A DNA stretch of 62,649 bases, counting the filler, from Phoronis australis (Eukaryota > Animalia > Phoronida): assembly GCA_002633005.1 (NCBI GenBank). It is 3 parts of 3 records of this genome, joined end to end, with 100 filler letters (N's around TTAATTAATTAA, not from the genome) between each part and the next. Parts side by side here need not be neighbours in the genome. Positions count along the whole stretch, not along the records: positions 1 to 31,707 come from NMRA01001103.1; 2 more parts are not named here. One strand, 5' to 3'. How positions within the stretch are numbered: position 1 is the first letter of the stretch; every line of letters begins with the position of its first letter. Below are positions 12,541 to 26,600 of the stretch, piece by piece. The position numbers were made by a program, and so were the translations under genes. Below the pieces are notes generated by a model that was not told the origin of the DNA, ran no database searches, and was given only the letters and a program-made list of their open reading frames with translations.

Positions 12541-14358
12541 TTAAAAACAAAAGTATGTAAGAACAGCTTATTGTTATAGCTTATTATTTTTAAACTAAAT
12601 AAGCAAAAAATAATTTTCGAACCTGAAAATTGGACAGCCTATATTAATAGAGGTTCCACCCAAGGTCACCTAGAGCAGAGGCTCCTGTACTAATATGAGG
12701 AGCCCCGTCCGAGGACCACCATAAGCAGGGGCTAACTGTATTATTATAGAAGACTCCATCTCTTCGTGTGCTGGTGCAGTGGTGTAGTGGGGGATAAATA
12801 TACACAGACACAGAGCACCACCATTTTTATGTTAGTCTACGTACTGTAAGTTACGGAATCGTTAGGCGTAGGCGCACGCAAACGCAAAACCCAACGTGAT
12901 TTGCTTTGAACGTAGAGCGTATTTTCAGTGCTAGAACACTTTATTCTACAGCAAGTCAACCCGGCAAAATTCAAGCGCAATTGAAAGCTATACTGCTGCT
13001 GATGATTTCAAATGTTTTTTTGTGCTCGACGTTCGTTGGTTTAGCAAGTGAGTTCTCCGTGAAACCATGTCAGTATGGAGATCGTTGAAAGATGAAATCG
13101 TCATTGTCAATTAGCCAATCAAAAAGAAGCCACGATTCCACAGATAAAAATGTTTCATCGACTCACGTAATACTTGGAAAGTTTCATCATCTTGCGCTTA
13201 TGCTGACTGAATTGTCAAACCAGCTGTGTCTGTGTCTAAAACCCATGCCAATCACAATACTACTAAACTTTCACGTCACTGACAGGCTTTCGCCACTGCA
13301 CTATCGTGTGTCCACAAAATAGGTTTGGATCCTTTAACTGAAGGGGAACATTAATAAATGGACTGGTGTGGTAGGAAAACCTCCAAATTGAAGATTATCA
13401 TAGGACGCTATCGACTTGTAGGTGAATTTAGTCAAATATCTACAAAATGGCACATTTACCTTAGTAAACGTCCCTATATGAAGGTAGAAGTTGATTCTTG
13501 ACTTGATACCAATTTGAAGTAATGAGTTCTTGTGACTATGTCGTCTTAGAAAACTTTAGCATAAAACCTACATTCATAGCAAAACTACATGTGCGGTATC
13601 AATAACATTACTGAATTCTGTTTGGTATCAATGTACACCATCAAGTCTCAAAAATGCACTACAGTTTTGTAAATTATAATTTCCTTTTAGATTTATGCCC
13701 CTTTCGATTTTTGCAAAAACTGAATCACAATTACTAAAAAAAATTTTGGAGAACAGCGCATCAGTTACTATGTCTGAGAGATTCATATGAATCCGATGAC
13801 ACATACTGTACTGTACCGTATGTTAGATATGGTATTCCAACGTGAGCAAGATTTGGACCATATTTCGAGGGTGGGAAATAACCTTAAGCAAAAAACGGGC
13901 AAGAATCAAGAACAAACAGTAAAAATGAAGTACCGACGACAGGTAATTAGAAAAATGGGAACTGGCATGATACGGAGAACTTATTGTTACGAGCAAGGAG
14001 GCAAGGAGAAAGGGGGGTGGCAAAACAGGTAGAGTGAGGGTGGGGACATTGAGTAAAGTCGAGTGATGGTGTTGTGTCGCAGGGAGGATCTAAGTCAAAG
14101 GACACGTCAAGTTAAAATCCAATAGTTGATGAAATAAAGGATGTGAGTTCCACATTGTCTGCGTTTCTTACAGTCCAAAATTCTAAGCTCACGTTGATTT
14201 GCAGAGTTTCGCGGGTTTTCAGTCCCTCAAAATTCATCGCTGCAGCACTGCTGATACAAGGTTATAATAAAGGTGGTGGTCCACGTTGACTCATTTGTTA
14301 AACCCACCCAGTCGCTTTAAATGCTGTCATTCTGTTAGTATTTCTAGGATTTATTATG

Positions 14359-14389
<31 letters not shown>
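14359..14389. repeat. (AAC)n microsatellite, ~10 units
   Basis: Directly visible, just upstream of the ankyrin gene's first coding exon. Confidence 0.97.
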
Positions 14390-14631
14390 AGATGACGCCA
14401 CAAAATCCTTAATAAATATATACCCGAGCCCATACCACAACGACCAAACACACTCCGAGAGGCTACGTGAATGAGCAAATAACAACTCGAGACGATGTCC
14501 CCTAAATGGTACCGAAGGGCATGTTTGAGAGGGCAAGATACCAACTGCAGTTGGCAGCACGCTATGGGCAGCTGAAATTGAACATAATAGGTGGAAATGA
14601 AAATGGTGGTAAACTGGTTTCAGTAGGTCAA

Positions 14632-14658
14632 ATGGACACGAAGGTCAACGTGGACACA
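14632..14658 (+). CDS. ANK gene putative first coding exon (MDTKVNVDT)
   Basis: ATG at 14632 and strong donor ACA|GTGAGT; in frame with the next exon. The start could be upstream (14506 or 14521). Confidence 0.6.
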
Positions 14659-17600
14659 GTGAGTCCCAGGGAAGAAGACCGATACATGTGTTTCTCGTTT
14701 TTATAGTTTGTATAAATGCAGGGTTATTATGAAGCTTTGATATGAGCATGGGTCACAGTTTGAAAAATTTTTCATATGGTCTTCAGCGTCAAGATCAATG
14801 AGCAACCCGAGCCCTCCCGGACTGTTCATATCATCTACGAAAGCTCCCTCCTTGTAAAGATGATTCCATGCTGGTAGTGAATGTAGACTATGTGATTTAA
14901 AGTCTGTTTTTTGTTATTATTTTCAGGTTCAAGAAGCTGCACAAAATGGCAATTGTTCTGAACTTGTGAAATATATAAAACGTGGGTGGGATGTGGACCA
15001 AGCACTGAATTCGTTGGTGAGTATTCACACATGAACGCCCGTATGATCATCATTGGCTTGAAGTGCACCTTTTTAAAGAAACGACCATTGTTACACGTTT
15101 CATCATAATGGCGTTGCTTTCCTGGTTTTATGTTGAATATGTCTATATCAACACTCTATGCTGTTAACCAAAGCAACAGGTGAATATCGTAGTACCATTA
15201 CAACAGTAATAACAAAATATTCACATTTAGCTGCAAAAGTTGTAAATATGGCAGATGTTTTTCTTGATTCACGGTAGTATGTCGGTGAGAAAAAATATAA
15301 TCAAGTTTTCGTATAAAGGCGGTTTAGTATGGAAATGCTGACAACTTTACTAAGAAGCACTTTATTGACGCTATTGGGATAGTCATGGGAATCAGTGATC
15401 AAAAAAATATATTTACCATTGAATGCTATTAATTTCTCCTGCAATATCTTCGACTGTCTCCAGGGTCCGCCAGGAGGATCCCGAAAACGATCGATGATAG
15501 TGCAAACAATTAGAAACTGGCCGATCTGGGCAGACCCCAGTCAGACCGGAGAGACAGTTTTTGAAAAGTGGGTCCGACTTTTTTAGAGTTTAACAATTAT
15601 CTTGACCTGAATCTGTTGACAGATTTCTTTTTATTGTGCGGCGGTATAGGATTATAGGAAGAAAGACTTTATTCTTTAAGAAATGTATTGTATAAAATGT
15701 ACTTAATAATGATACATACACATGTAATTTCTAAATTCCGTGTGTATATTGGGAGGGTGTGACATGTATCTACATGTATGCCTTGATTATTGCGGATTTA
15801 CGAGTGGCTCGACTGTAAGATGGCGGAACTAAGGAAGGCATGATGAAAGAGACCCCGGTAGAGATCGGTAGCTGTCTCGGGCTTCGAAAAACTATCCAAA
15901 TTCACGTGTTCTCTTTTGAAATACACGGCTTAATCTCGCGAATAGCCTAGCGAGTTCCTAGCGTTATTGAACTCTACCCAGATGGAGTGGTATTCGAATT
16001 TTGTTTTGCTTATGTCATTTACTTTGTTGAGAACTTGAGGTGTTATTACCTAAATGCAACTTTCATTACAATTGTACTTTGGACGGCTTAAGATTTTTGA
16101 ATATATTCAACCCTTTCATGACACCAGTAACGATTATTGCAAGCTTTATAATATAGTCTGTCTACCTCAAGCAAAAGTTCCCGCACAATCTACATGTACC
16201 TGGTGCAGTATATCACCATAGTCAAAACGTTTAAATCGTATGTACTTATCAGACGATTTAAAACTTGCATTAAAGATGCGACACACTGTACAATTTTCAG
16301 TAAGTTGATTTGAATTGTTTTTGCTCACGGACTGGTCATTGTGGTTTACATGACATTTTATCATCTTCTATTATGGTTAGATGTCCTTACCAGTGTTTTT
16401 GGGTAATAATTTTACCATCTAGACTCAATAAGAATAGGCCAGTGTAAAATTGAGGATTCTAGACTAACACTTTATCTCAACCTTGAAGTTTACATGTGTG
16501 TGCCTTTTACGAGTCCTGAGCCTAACCAAGATTCAGTTGTTGTTGGTTCTTGGGATGGTTTCGAGATTTGGATAAAATTTGGCTCTATCGCTGACTCTGT
16601 CATGGGTGCTTTTGGAAGTCTGTAATTGATGTAGAGAATAAAAGGGAGACCAGGTTTCCGTACCCCTTCATAAACAAAACCTGGTTTAGAAAATACGTCA
16701 TCTACAAGTTGTCGTGCTACCCGATTAGATAGATACATTTACATGCCATGTGGGAAGTGAAGAGTGTATGCAGAGTATGCAATATTCGATAAGAGACAAC
16801 TTTGTACAAGAAGAGATCTTGTGAAACCTTGTCAAATGCGGATTCATTATCCAACATTAAACCCATTTTTTTCATATTGTTATCGTATCTCATGAACAAC
16901 TTTAAACAGGAGAGATGTAGTACTCTTTTCACTCATAAAACCAAAGTAAAATTTGTTACTTATATTAAGTTATTGAAAATGAGGTTCTTGTACATTTTAT
17001 TCACTTTTAAAGAAAGACTGCAGTGATTCTGAATTCTTTTCTAATTGGGTACCATAATCGCAGTTTCAAATAGAAGGGTAGGCTCCTGTCAGTAGAATTT
17101 TGTTGAATAAATTAATGATCAGTAGAGGCATATCTTTATATTGGTGTAATTATTTATTTGTTATATAGTCGGAGCTTTCGAGACGTGGTACCCTGTTTTT
17201 TTAGTCCTTCGGCTTTTTTGTATGTAAAAGGTCCACATCCTCTGAAATCCGAGCCCCCCCATATTAAAGGCTGGGTGCGTGCATGAAAAAGCTTGGAAGC
17301 AGTAGTCCAAGGAAGGCATGTATATTCTCCGATTTAACGTCCCGCCAAATAGACCTTTTGAATATCAGGGAGTAAATGCATTTTAACTCGATCGGCAACA
17401 ACACCTGAAAAACATGCATTAAGCAAAAAGAAGAGTTTCCAATTCTTTAGCTTATAACGAGTGTTTTTCTTCTCAGGAATGAGCGTGTTTATACAGTATC
17501 TTGACCCTGTAATTGAGTGGGTCGTCTGTTTTAACTACAGGTGTAGTTAGCAGTTCTCTGTAACATAGGTAGCAATGGTTTTCAGAAAAAAAAAACATCC

Positions 17601-20600
17601 ATTGGAAATCCATCTAACCAGGGAGGTTTTTCGTATTTCACAGTTTTTAAATCATCTGCTACGTCCTCCATAGTAAATACCGGTCCAACTTTTTGCTAAC
17701 TTCACGTAATTTTAGAACGACGGTTGCCGATGTCGGTGCTTTCTCACCTGTCACAAGCCCTTGTCTACAGTCAGGATTCTGGGTCGCGGTTATTAGAATC
17801 CTATTCCAGACCAGTACTTGTTCGACAGACAACTATAAATTGATAAGAAAATCACATAAAATTAATGAAGCTATAGCAAATTTCCACTGAACACCATGTA
17901 ATAACCTCTAACAAATTTGTGTAAGGAACAACGAAATAAAGAGGAAGGAGGGGACATCAATACCGGGTGAACACGAAATATAGTTGTATGGTAATATCAA
18001 AATACATGTAGGTTATTAGCAGAAGAATAAAGTTCCTGAGGGTGAATATCGGTTGTATAACCTTTTGCACAGAGAGCATTGGGAAAAAAGGCACTGAGAA
18101 GACCATGTAATAACCTCTAACAAATTTGTGTAAGGAACAAACGAAATAAAAAGGACAGAGGGGACATCAATACCAGGTGAACACGAAATACAGTTGGATT
18201 CTAATATCAAAATAGGTTATTGGCTGGAGAAAAAAGTTCCTGAGGGTGAATATCGGTTGTAAAACCTTTTGCACAGAGAGCATTGGGAAAAAAGGCACGG
18301 GGAACACCTTGAAATTAATAATTATGTAAACGGGTAACAAATGCTCTAAAAACCCATATTTGTATAAACCCGTTGAAACCATTTTTACCTAAATTAACCT
18401 TCTGTGCAAGACCTCTGTCTAGTCAAAGAATCCAAACCCTAATTTTTAAGTCGTTCCGTGAGTTGAAATGACGACGCGTGCTCCGATTTAAAAAGCAGCG
18501 CTTTGCACGGCAGTTCTCACGTGCACACGTGTTAGCTACAGTGAAACACTTGTTTGAAGTATTTAAAGGGGCATTCATTAATCACGATGAAACGATTAGA
18601 TTTCAGGTGTACAATTCCGATTTGACCTTGCGTATTTCGTCATGATGATTCCGACTGAAGCTGCTGATAAATATTTATCTGACGTAGTATTAATACGTGC
18701 AGGCTAGGTTTTTGACAGAAGATTTGTAGAAAATCCCAGCAGTTAAGGACAAACGACGTGATCGTTGTTCACAGGTTCCGGATGAGCTGTTCTAAATAAC
18801 ATCGATCACGTAAACGCAGTTGCCTGGAAGACTTTTACTATCAAATTGTAGCAGGTTTTTCAGATTGGCTCACAATTCTGTCTTCACGCCAACTTATCAG
18901 ATTTTGCGTTACAATAAAGGAACGCCGAAAATTTTCGTACCTTTCAGTCATTTGCCGTTAACATTCACAGGTGCCTATGGTTTTATACACTCTGTTCAAC
19001 ATTTCCCTAGATTTTGTTACAGGGTATTCATTTTTTCCAGGCGTAATATTTGCACAGTTGTCAATCCAAGCGTGGTTGATGGTGAAACGTATATTTTCCG
19101 GGATATAATTTTCACAAACAATTCCCCAAGTGGCAAATGTTAAAAGTTACAGATTCAAAATATAACGAAATATGTTAACCAAATATGTCACCAAATGCGC
19201 GCACCAGGGGAGGCTCGGGGGGCTCGAGCGAACCTATTTTTACAAAACGTGGTTGTCAAAACGTTTCTACATTTTAGTGGCTTTGATTTATTCTTCGAGA
19301 AAAGTTATCGTCAATAGCACAGTATTTCTGAGTACAGTATCAAAAATAAACAGATTCTACTTGGACTTCCAGTGTCATCTTTAATGTATAAATCAGATTA
19401 TCACGAAGTCACAGAAAACAGTTATTAATGATTTTATACACTCCACTTTCTTGCGAAACTAAGCGGAATCTTCGCTTAGTGTGACTGATGAAAATATAAA
19501 TTAAAAAAAACTAATAATTGCGTTACACATATTCAAGATACTCAAATGAAATGTTTTCAATGTAGACTGATTCACAAGTTCATTACAAGTGTTTACTCAA
19601 AATGGCGTAATCGATTGTGCTCTTTGTACTACAGTGTATTTGTACTGATTTCACGGAAACTGATGCACATATTTTTGGGTAGTTTCCCTGTTGTAAATGC
19701 GGTATGGGTTAGATTATTGCCGGCTAAAGCATATCTTCTACGAGAATATTTCTTTAACAACTACACTGTAATGCAGCTCTGTTTGGTTCTTCGGAATCTT
19801 AGAAAGTATTAGAGTATAATGTTATTTTTGCTTAGCTACACTTTCCTTATCTAAACATGAACTTAAAGGTAGTATTCCAGAGTTTTGAAAACACAAAATA
19901 GTATTATTGCATTTTATGTAGATTAATGTTAAACACATAAGATATGTCAATAAACTTACGGGTATACAGTGTACTTGCAGCAATTACTTTTATTGCTTTA
20001 GTCGTTTTGTCACATTTTGTGATCAACTTTTCTTGATTAAATACACATGCAGGTGTATATTTATGTGTATAGATACATGTACATGTAAATGTACCACGCC
20101 CATACACTGTGTATGCATGCATATGTGCTTCACAGTAAAGCAACAAAAATATACGGCTTCATATACTCGACTATAAAGTCAACGTCTAGTAGCCTGGGTT
20201 ATTTGCTACATGTATGTGGTCTTAACAAAAAGCGTTGTTTTTGATTTGCGTTTATTTTTGTTGTATCACTTGTTCGGTATTGTTACGAAATGCCTTTATC
20301 CAAGCAATAGTTTATATCCTTAGACAATACTTAACATTGTGGTCATGGCACAAGCAAAAATAATAATAACTCGCCTTACCTCCACATTTTGGGACATTGT
20401 CAAAATCCCAGCTCGCTGTCACGAATTCCAGGTCGCAAAAATTACCCGCAATTTTTATGCGCCAAATTGATTTTTAGGCCATCGACGGAGAAAATGTTTA
20501 GATAAAATGCTCTTACCTTCGGCGTTAAGTATTCTCAAATTTCAGGTTGCATAACTGAGTTCTTAATGTTTGATGTATCTGTTTTCCTCCGAAGTCGACC

Positions 20601-23600
20601 GCTTTTGATATGCCCTAGATGCGCTTGTTGCTTTGCAAATCAAATAATTCCCTGCCGCCTGACCTTCCTGTAAGGGTTTTCTATATCTACCGTACTATAG
20701 CACATCCTTTCGCGAGTTCAGAAAATTAGTTGCGAGCTTTGGTGCCTAAGTGAAAGTTGAGCCAGTGCTCTCTAACCGTTTCGAGTTACTAAATATGCAT
20801 CGTAAACAATAGAAGAAAGTAATAGTTGAAAAGATACGCACGACTCTTTTATTATTAATCTGCCATGTTACTGTAATCAAAGTCGTTAAAGAAGCAAAGA
20901 TATATACATTATGCTTTTACTCTGAGTGCAATCTTCCTCCATTTGTTTGTTCTTCAAATTTTACGACTCGACTGACTAAAAAACATGCTGTCGAAAAAAA
21001 TCCGCAAAACGTTTTCCTAGCTGAATGACGTGTTGTGCATACACCGCTATCGATTTGGGGGCAGAAATTAAGATGACATAAACAGTTATCAAACAAACGG
21101 CAGGTCATCACGAACAATTAAGAACGGAATGCTGTTTACGTTTTCGATTATAAGCTTTTCATTAAATAAAAAGCTTCAAATAATACCCATTCCGTGCGGG
21201 TTTCCATTATTGGGTAATTCGAGTTTGCTCCCTTAGCACGGATACACTGTACACGTGCAGTGCTGTAGTGGTAAAATTAAAGGTAAGTACATGTAGGCGC
21301 CCAAAGCCCATCCTATCACCTTGAGCGCTGAACGTGTCTTACGGTGGATAATGTAGGCGCTATGCTCAAATGCCAAAAGGTGGTTGGCTGCGCCGACGTG
21401 CGCCTACACCCCACTACAGCACCGTGTACGTGCCATATAACGTGTGATATAACTATGCTGAAAATAGATTAGCATCAAAACAACACGTGACTCCAGCATG
21501 CATGTCGCTATGGCAAGGCCGTACCTTCGGAGGCACAAAACGAATCCGGGATTTTGCTTTTAAACGTTGATGAAAGACTTGCTCTTTTAGAAAACGAATT
21601 AAATTTTGTTGTTCCCGGTAAGTAAAATGAGAGTGTGACCCACTATAGACTGCGCAAGTGACAAATTGAAACCACGCGGACGCTAACAGGATACAATACA
21701 ATGTCTCCTTCGATCACTGCACACAAATTTATACCGTGCGACTCGAAACATCGCGATCCGTTTACCGCATTTTAAAGTTTTGAAAATAAATTTCAGTCAG
21801 TGAAATTACGGGTGGGGGCTTGCCAGAGCTGTTGGCGCTTTATTGAAATTTGTCAAAAGTTAAGATGGCGATTAGTAGAGCTGTGGGCGCTTGTTACAAA
21901 AACTTTCAAAGGTAGGGAATACTGTACAGTGTACATGTACAGTGTAGGCGCAAACTTTAGTTCAGTTGGTCGTTGTTACGAATGATTGCCGTTTAAAGAA
22001 ATCAAAAGACGTTAAAAGCAAGAAATGATGCAGTACCATGTTTCTGTGCTACATTATGCAACCACCAAGGCGTCAATGTTTGGATATTCTTAACAACCAC
22101 AATACATGTATTTTATCCACCCGCAACATCTCTTCTAATTGTCTTTAGCTGACGTTTCAATTGGAACAGTACTTTTTCCAAGCGAGTTTTAAAAATCAGT
22201 GACGTAGTCAATTGAAGACACTAGGAGTAAAAAATGTTCATGGTGTTTACGAATAGAAAAATAAAATAATCGCTCACAATTTTACGTCTGTTTGTTTATA
22301 CATGTTAGTTGCAATAGCTACATGTACATGTACCAACTCAAAACTTGCCTGCTGAAAGAGAAGTCGTGTTCATCGTTTGGCTATTGATACATGTAGATGT
22401 AGGGTTGTAATTTACTCGCTTTGTGTCTTTTGCGATAAGAAAAACGAGACGCATGTTCAAACATTATGTTACTTTATATTTCCGAATCATTATCCCCTGA
22501 TGGGACCTCGACCGTGCACAAAAACAACAGGATCAAGCAGTGTCGCAATGCGATACTAAATTTATCTGAGATAATGTAATTGAATAATCAAGACATCTTA
22601 CTTAAAAAATTAATTTATTTTTTTTTCACCACAAACTTTGGTAAGTTGATCGTTACAGAATTTTTGTAAACGTCGCTCTTTTGTGACGTTTTATCACATA
22701 TTCTGCCATGGCCCAGAACTGTCTTCGGAGCAACAACAAAATTATGGTCGGACACACATAAGTTGCTTCATAATTGCCTGGTATATGCTGAGAAGTGTAC
22801 TACATGTAATATCTCAGCACGCTTATGCTGGAAATTCCAAGTTGCATATAGGGACTTGATACGAGTGGCCAAAACCCGTGCTGTCATAAGAATTTTGGTC
22901 TGAACAGTAGAACTATTGCGATATGCTAACGTTTCGAGACTGAGTTCAATAATAGGTCTTAGTTAACGGGAACGACGTAACTCTGTTTTTTAAAATACAC
23001 TTTAGCAACATTCTTGTCATGGTTGTGCGGCCGCATTTTGATGTTTCGCGGGCACTCGGTTGATGAAAGTGGATGATGAGATTAATCATTTCGAGTGAAT
23101 GTCACCCTACTGAAGATCTTGTCTTGGAATTAGACTTGTCAAAAAGTAAGCGAAAGTGACATAGGCCTAATTTTGTTATTTAATCTTGATGCTCCGTTCA
23201 AAAGGTCACTAATAAATGTACACTGTACATGTATTGTGAACTCCATATTTATTTTTCAAAACAATTCAAACGAACGCAATGACATTTGCTTGATTTCAAT
23301 CCGGCGTCATTTTTATCGCTCTGTATCAGATTTTGAATTCTCTAGTGAAATGAAGTACAGTGTTGACGTGCAAATGCATGTCTAATTATTGATGTCCAGA
23401 TGGTCTTCTATAATAGATGTACTGGTGTAGACGCGACGCATTGTATTACTTGAGTGGTTTTAAGAAACAATTAAATTTTAAAGATTTATTAAGATATTTT
23501 TCAAACAAGCACTAGTTTTACGGTGCAATATGTTGCTATAATTACGCATCATTTCCCATATTTTGTTCTTATGTTTTACGGTTCATGTTATATTTTTTGG

Positions 23601-26600
23601 TATGAGAGCTATTACTATATTATATTATTTCCCATATGTACTCATCAGTAAGTTTTTTTTACATATTTTGCCCATGTAGCCGTGTAGTCTAAGCGGCTTA
23701 CGTTCAAGATGTTGAATTTTTTGGTAGTCCTTGTTTGCATGCCATTAAAGCTGTCGTGATATTGCCGTTTCATATGAAGCTCTTTGAGTCCACATATTTT
23801 TTACCTTTCTCTCTTTGAGAACCATCTGAAGGTAAATCAGCGATCATCTCAAAATTTTCTAGCACAACATAGAAAATTGTATCCTTGTCGAAACAGCATT
23901 TAGAACGTCTGTGCGTAGAAAGAGTCAAATTAATGTCAAAAACTCAAATTGCAACATCTTTTATTTCGTTAGTCACGTTCTCTTTAATTGATTTCTTGCG
24001 ATAAGGAAATGCCCCTTTAAATATATTCAAGAACTGACAAATGTATCAATTTATCGCGTGTACACGCGAAAACTGTCTGGAAAAGCGCTCTTTTTAAAAG
24101 CAACGCTTCGCCTGGCCAGACCACTGCCACGTCGTCTCAAGAACAGCAGAACAAGTTGGGTTTGCGTCGAAAAGGGAACCACAAGATTGATTGATTTTCT
24201 GAATAGCAATCTTGATAAGAAGATTGGTTTTGGTAAAATGTGTTTCTACATGTGTTTAATTTGTAGAGAAGGGTTTATCATTTCCAGGACATTGTTCCTG
24301 CTAGCATTTTGTTCGAGACGAGTGGAATTGTGTTCCCAGTGCCCGTGTTCTTGGCTAGTAACAAACCCTATACCAAACATTGCCCAACTTATATTTTCTT
24401 AAACATCTTCAGACTTCAGTTTCGCTTTGACAGTACCCCATGCCGATATCATATTCACCCTATACATGTATTGATGTTCTCTTATCCTTTTATTCCGATT
24501 GTTCCTAACTTTAATTTGTTAGAAATTATTTTGGATCTCAGGAAAAAGTGAAACCGTACTTCATAAATTAGTTTGACTACATGTACATGTATGTTTTTTC
24601 AATTCATGCGTCCAGAAGGAATTGTTTTGCGGTAGACCTAATTAAAAGATACCAGACGACCGCGAAAGTTTTACTCATATAATTGCAGCTTTCAAATAGA
24701 GTATATTTGACTTTCACATTAATGTCTATTACATCATATTTTGTGTCAACATTTTTGCAGCAAATTAAATTTCGTCCTGTTCATCTGGCTAAAAACGAAA
24801 AGTGAATTAAACCATTTACTCTCATGAAATTGATTTCTTAAAAATGATTATTAAATGTGAAGATCATGGTCATGTTATTGTCAATAACAATGATTGTTCT
24901 AGCTACAACCAGTCGCCCATATTTTTAATGAACATGCCATGTCTTTGCTCTGAGGATTATTTCTGACACTAACAAACATACTACGAAAGCATGTAAACTT
25001 GTTCTTTATAAATGATGATCTATTACAAGACAACTGATATATTGCATGATAAACAGAGAGTAGATTTAGTAATTGTGTGTACAATTGTGTTATTTCAACG
25101 TTTACGTGATGAGTAATTAAGATTCACGGTGAAGTTAATGATTGTGAAGTTTGCTATAACTTGTTCATTGTTTCTGCAGGGCGACACAGCACTACACTGT
25201 GCAGCAATGTGTGGACATACAGAGGTGGCGCGTGTTTTGTGTAAAGCAGGCGCTAACGTCAACAAGCAAAACAAGGTAATAGAAACTACTTGAGACGATT
25301 TTATAATTAAGACAATGTTATCTTTGTTACAAAGCTGTAGACTATCTGAAATTTAACTAAACATGTTGTGTGTAAATACACTTTTTATTTCTCATGATTC
25401 CGACATTTATTTTTCAATCTGTACCCGGTACATGTATCATAAGAAACAGTGAGGTTTGAATCGTGTCAACAATATATTTGGCGACTTAACGTTGATATTT
25501 TTCTATTCTTAATGGTAATCGTCCATTCAACATTGCAACTTTATATTAAAAAGGAAGCCGTTAAACCGGTGTACAAACACAACATGGAGGGGTCACTGTG
25601 AAGTTATGGAGGCGCTCAGTAATTTCTGACAGTCGACGTCTACACCATGTTCTGTTCTTACTTCAACGTTTTAAAATCACCTGTAACACTTGAGTGTTGA
25701 AATCATTTCTAGTATTGTAGCGTCTTAGAGGGGTCAGTCATATTTCATTTATGTCACCTTACAAGTTCACTTTCCCCCGTGTAAGTTAATTTGCTCTAAA
25801 CGTTGATCGTCCATTCACACATCTCCATTATATATTACATAGTGGGGCGTGACACCGCTGCACTGGGCAGCACTGCATGGTCATACACAGATAGTGAAGT
25901 GTCTTGTGGAACACAACGCTACAGTGGATGTCCGTGAGCAGGTAATTAATGACACACAGGTTGTTTGGTTGAACTAGTTGTTTACACAAGAGATGATTAA
26001 AACTGTTGAAGAACAAATTTTGTAGATATTTTCCCAATTTAATGTCCTTAAACAATGTCAAATTAAATGTCGTCTGCTTTCCAACAGAGAACTGCCAAAG
26101 CTGCATCCGAACATTTCAGTTGATTCATTATTGTTGTTTTATTTACATGTACCTATATATATTCTACATTTCGTCAAACAATAGTTTCCTTCAGACGATC
26201 TGGATCGCCTCATTTAGTTTCGGATTTATTTTCTACGTTATTTTGATTGTCCAACACTTTACAGCGCACAATTACTTGCTGTGTGTTACCGGCCTGTAAC
26301 CAGACAGGGAACACTGAACACGCTCTGTTGTTTTGCTCTTAAACTTAACATTTCCCTTTTGAATTCATTACAAGTATTGTAGCGTTTTAGAGGGGTCAGT
26401 AATGTTTCATTTATGTCACCTTACAAGTTCACTTTCCCCTGTGTATGTTAATTTGTTCTAAACGTTGATCGTCCATTCACACATCTCCATTATATATTAC
26501 ATAGGAGGGCTGGACACCGCTGCACTATGCAGCACTGCATGGTCATACACAGACAGTGAGGTGTCTTGTGGAACACAACGCTACAGTGGATGTCCGTGAT

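Noticed and set aside
14506-14631. QLQLAARYGQL as an additional N-terminal ANK repeat
   Set aside because: It is in frame, but the second helix and loop do not fit the ANK consensus. Kept only as a possible upstream start.
22140-22190. Penelope-type minimal hammerhead ribozyme (GAAACGTC on the minus strand; similar motif in the 197-bp satellite)
   Set aside because: No CUGANGA core with a closing stem II at the correct position.
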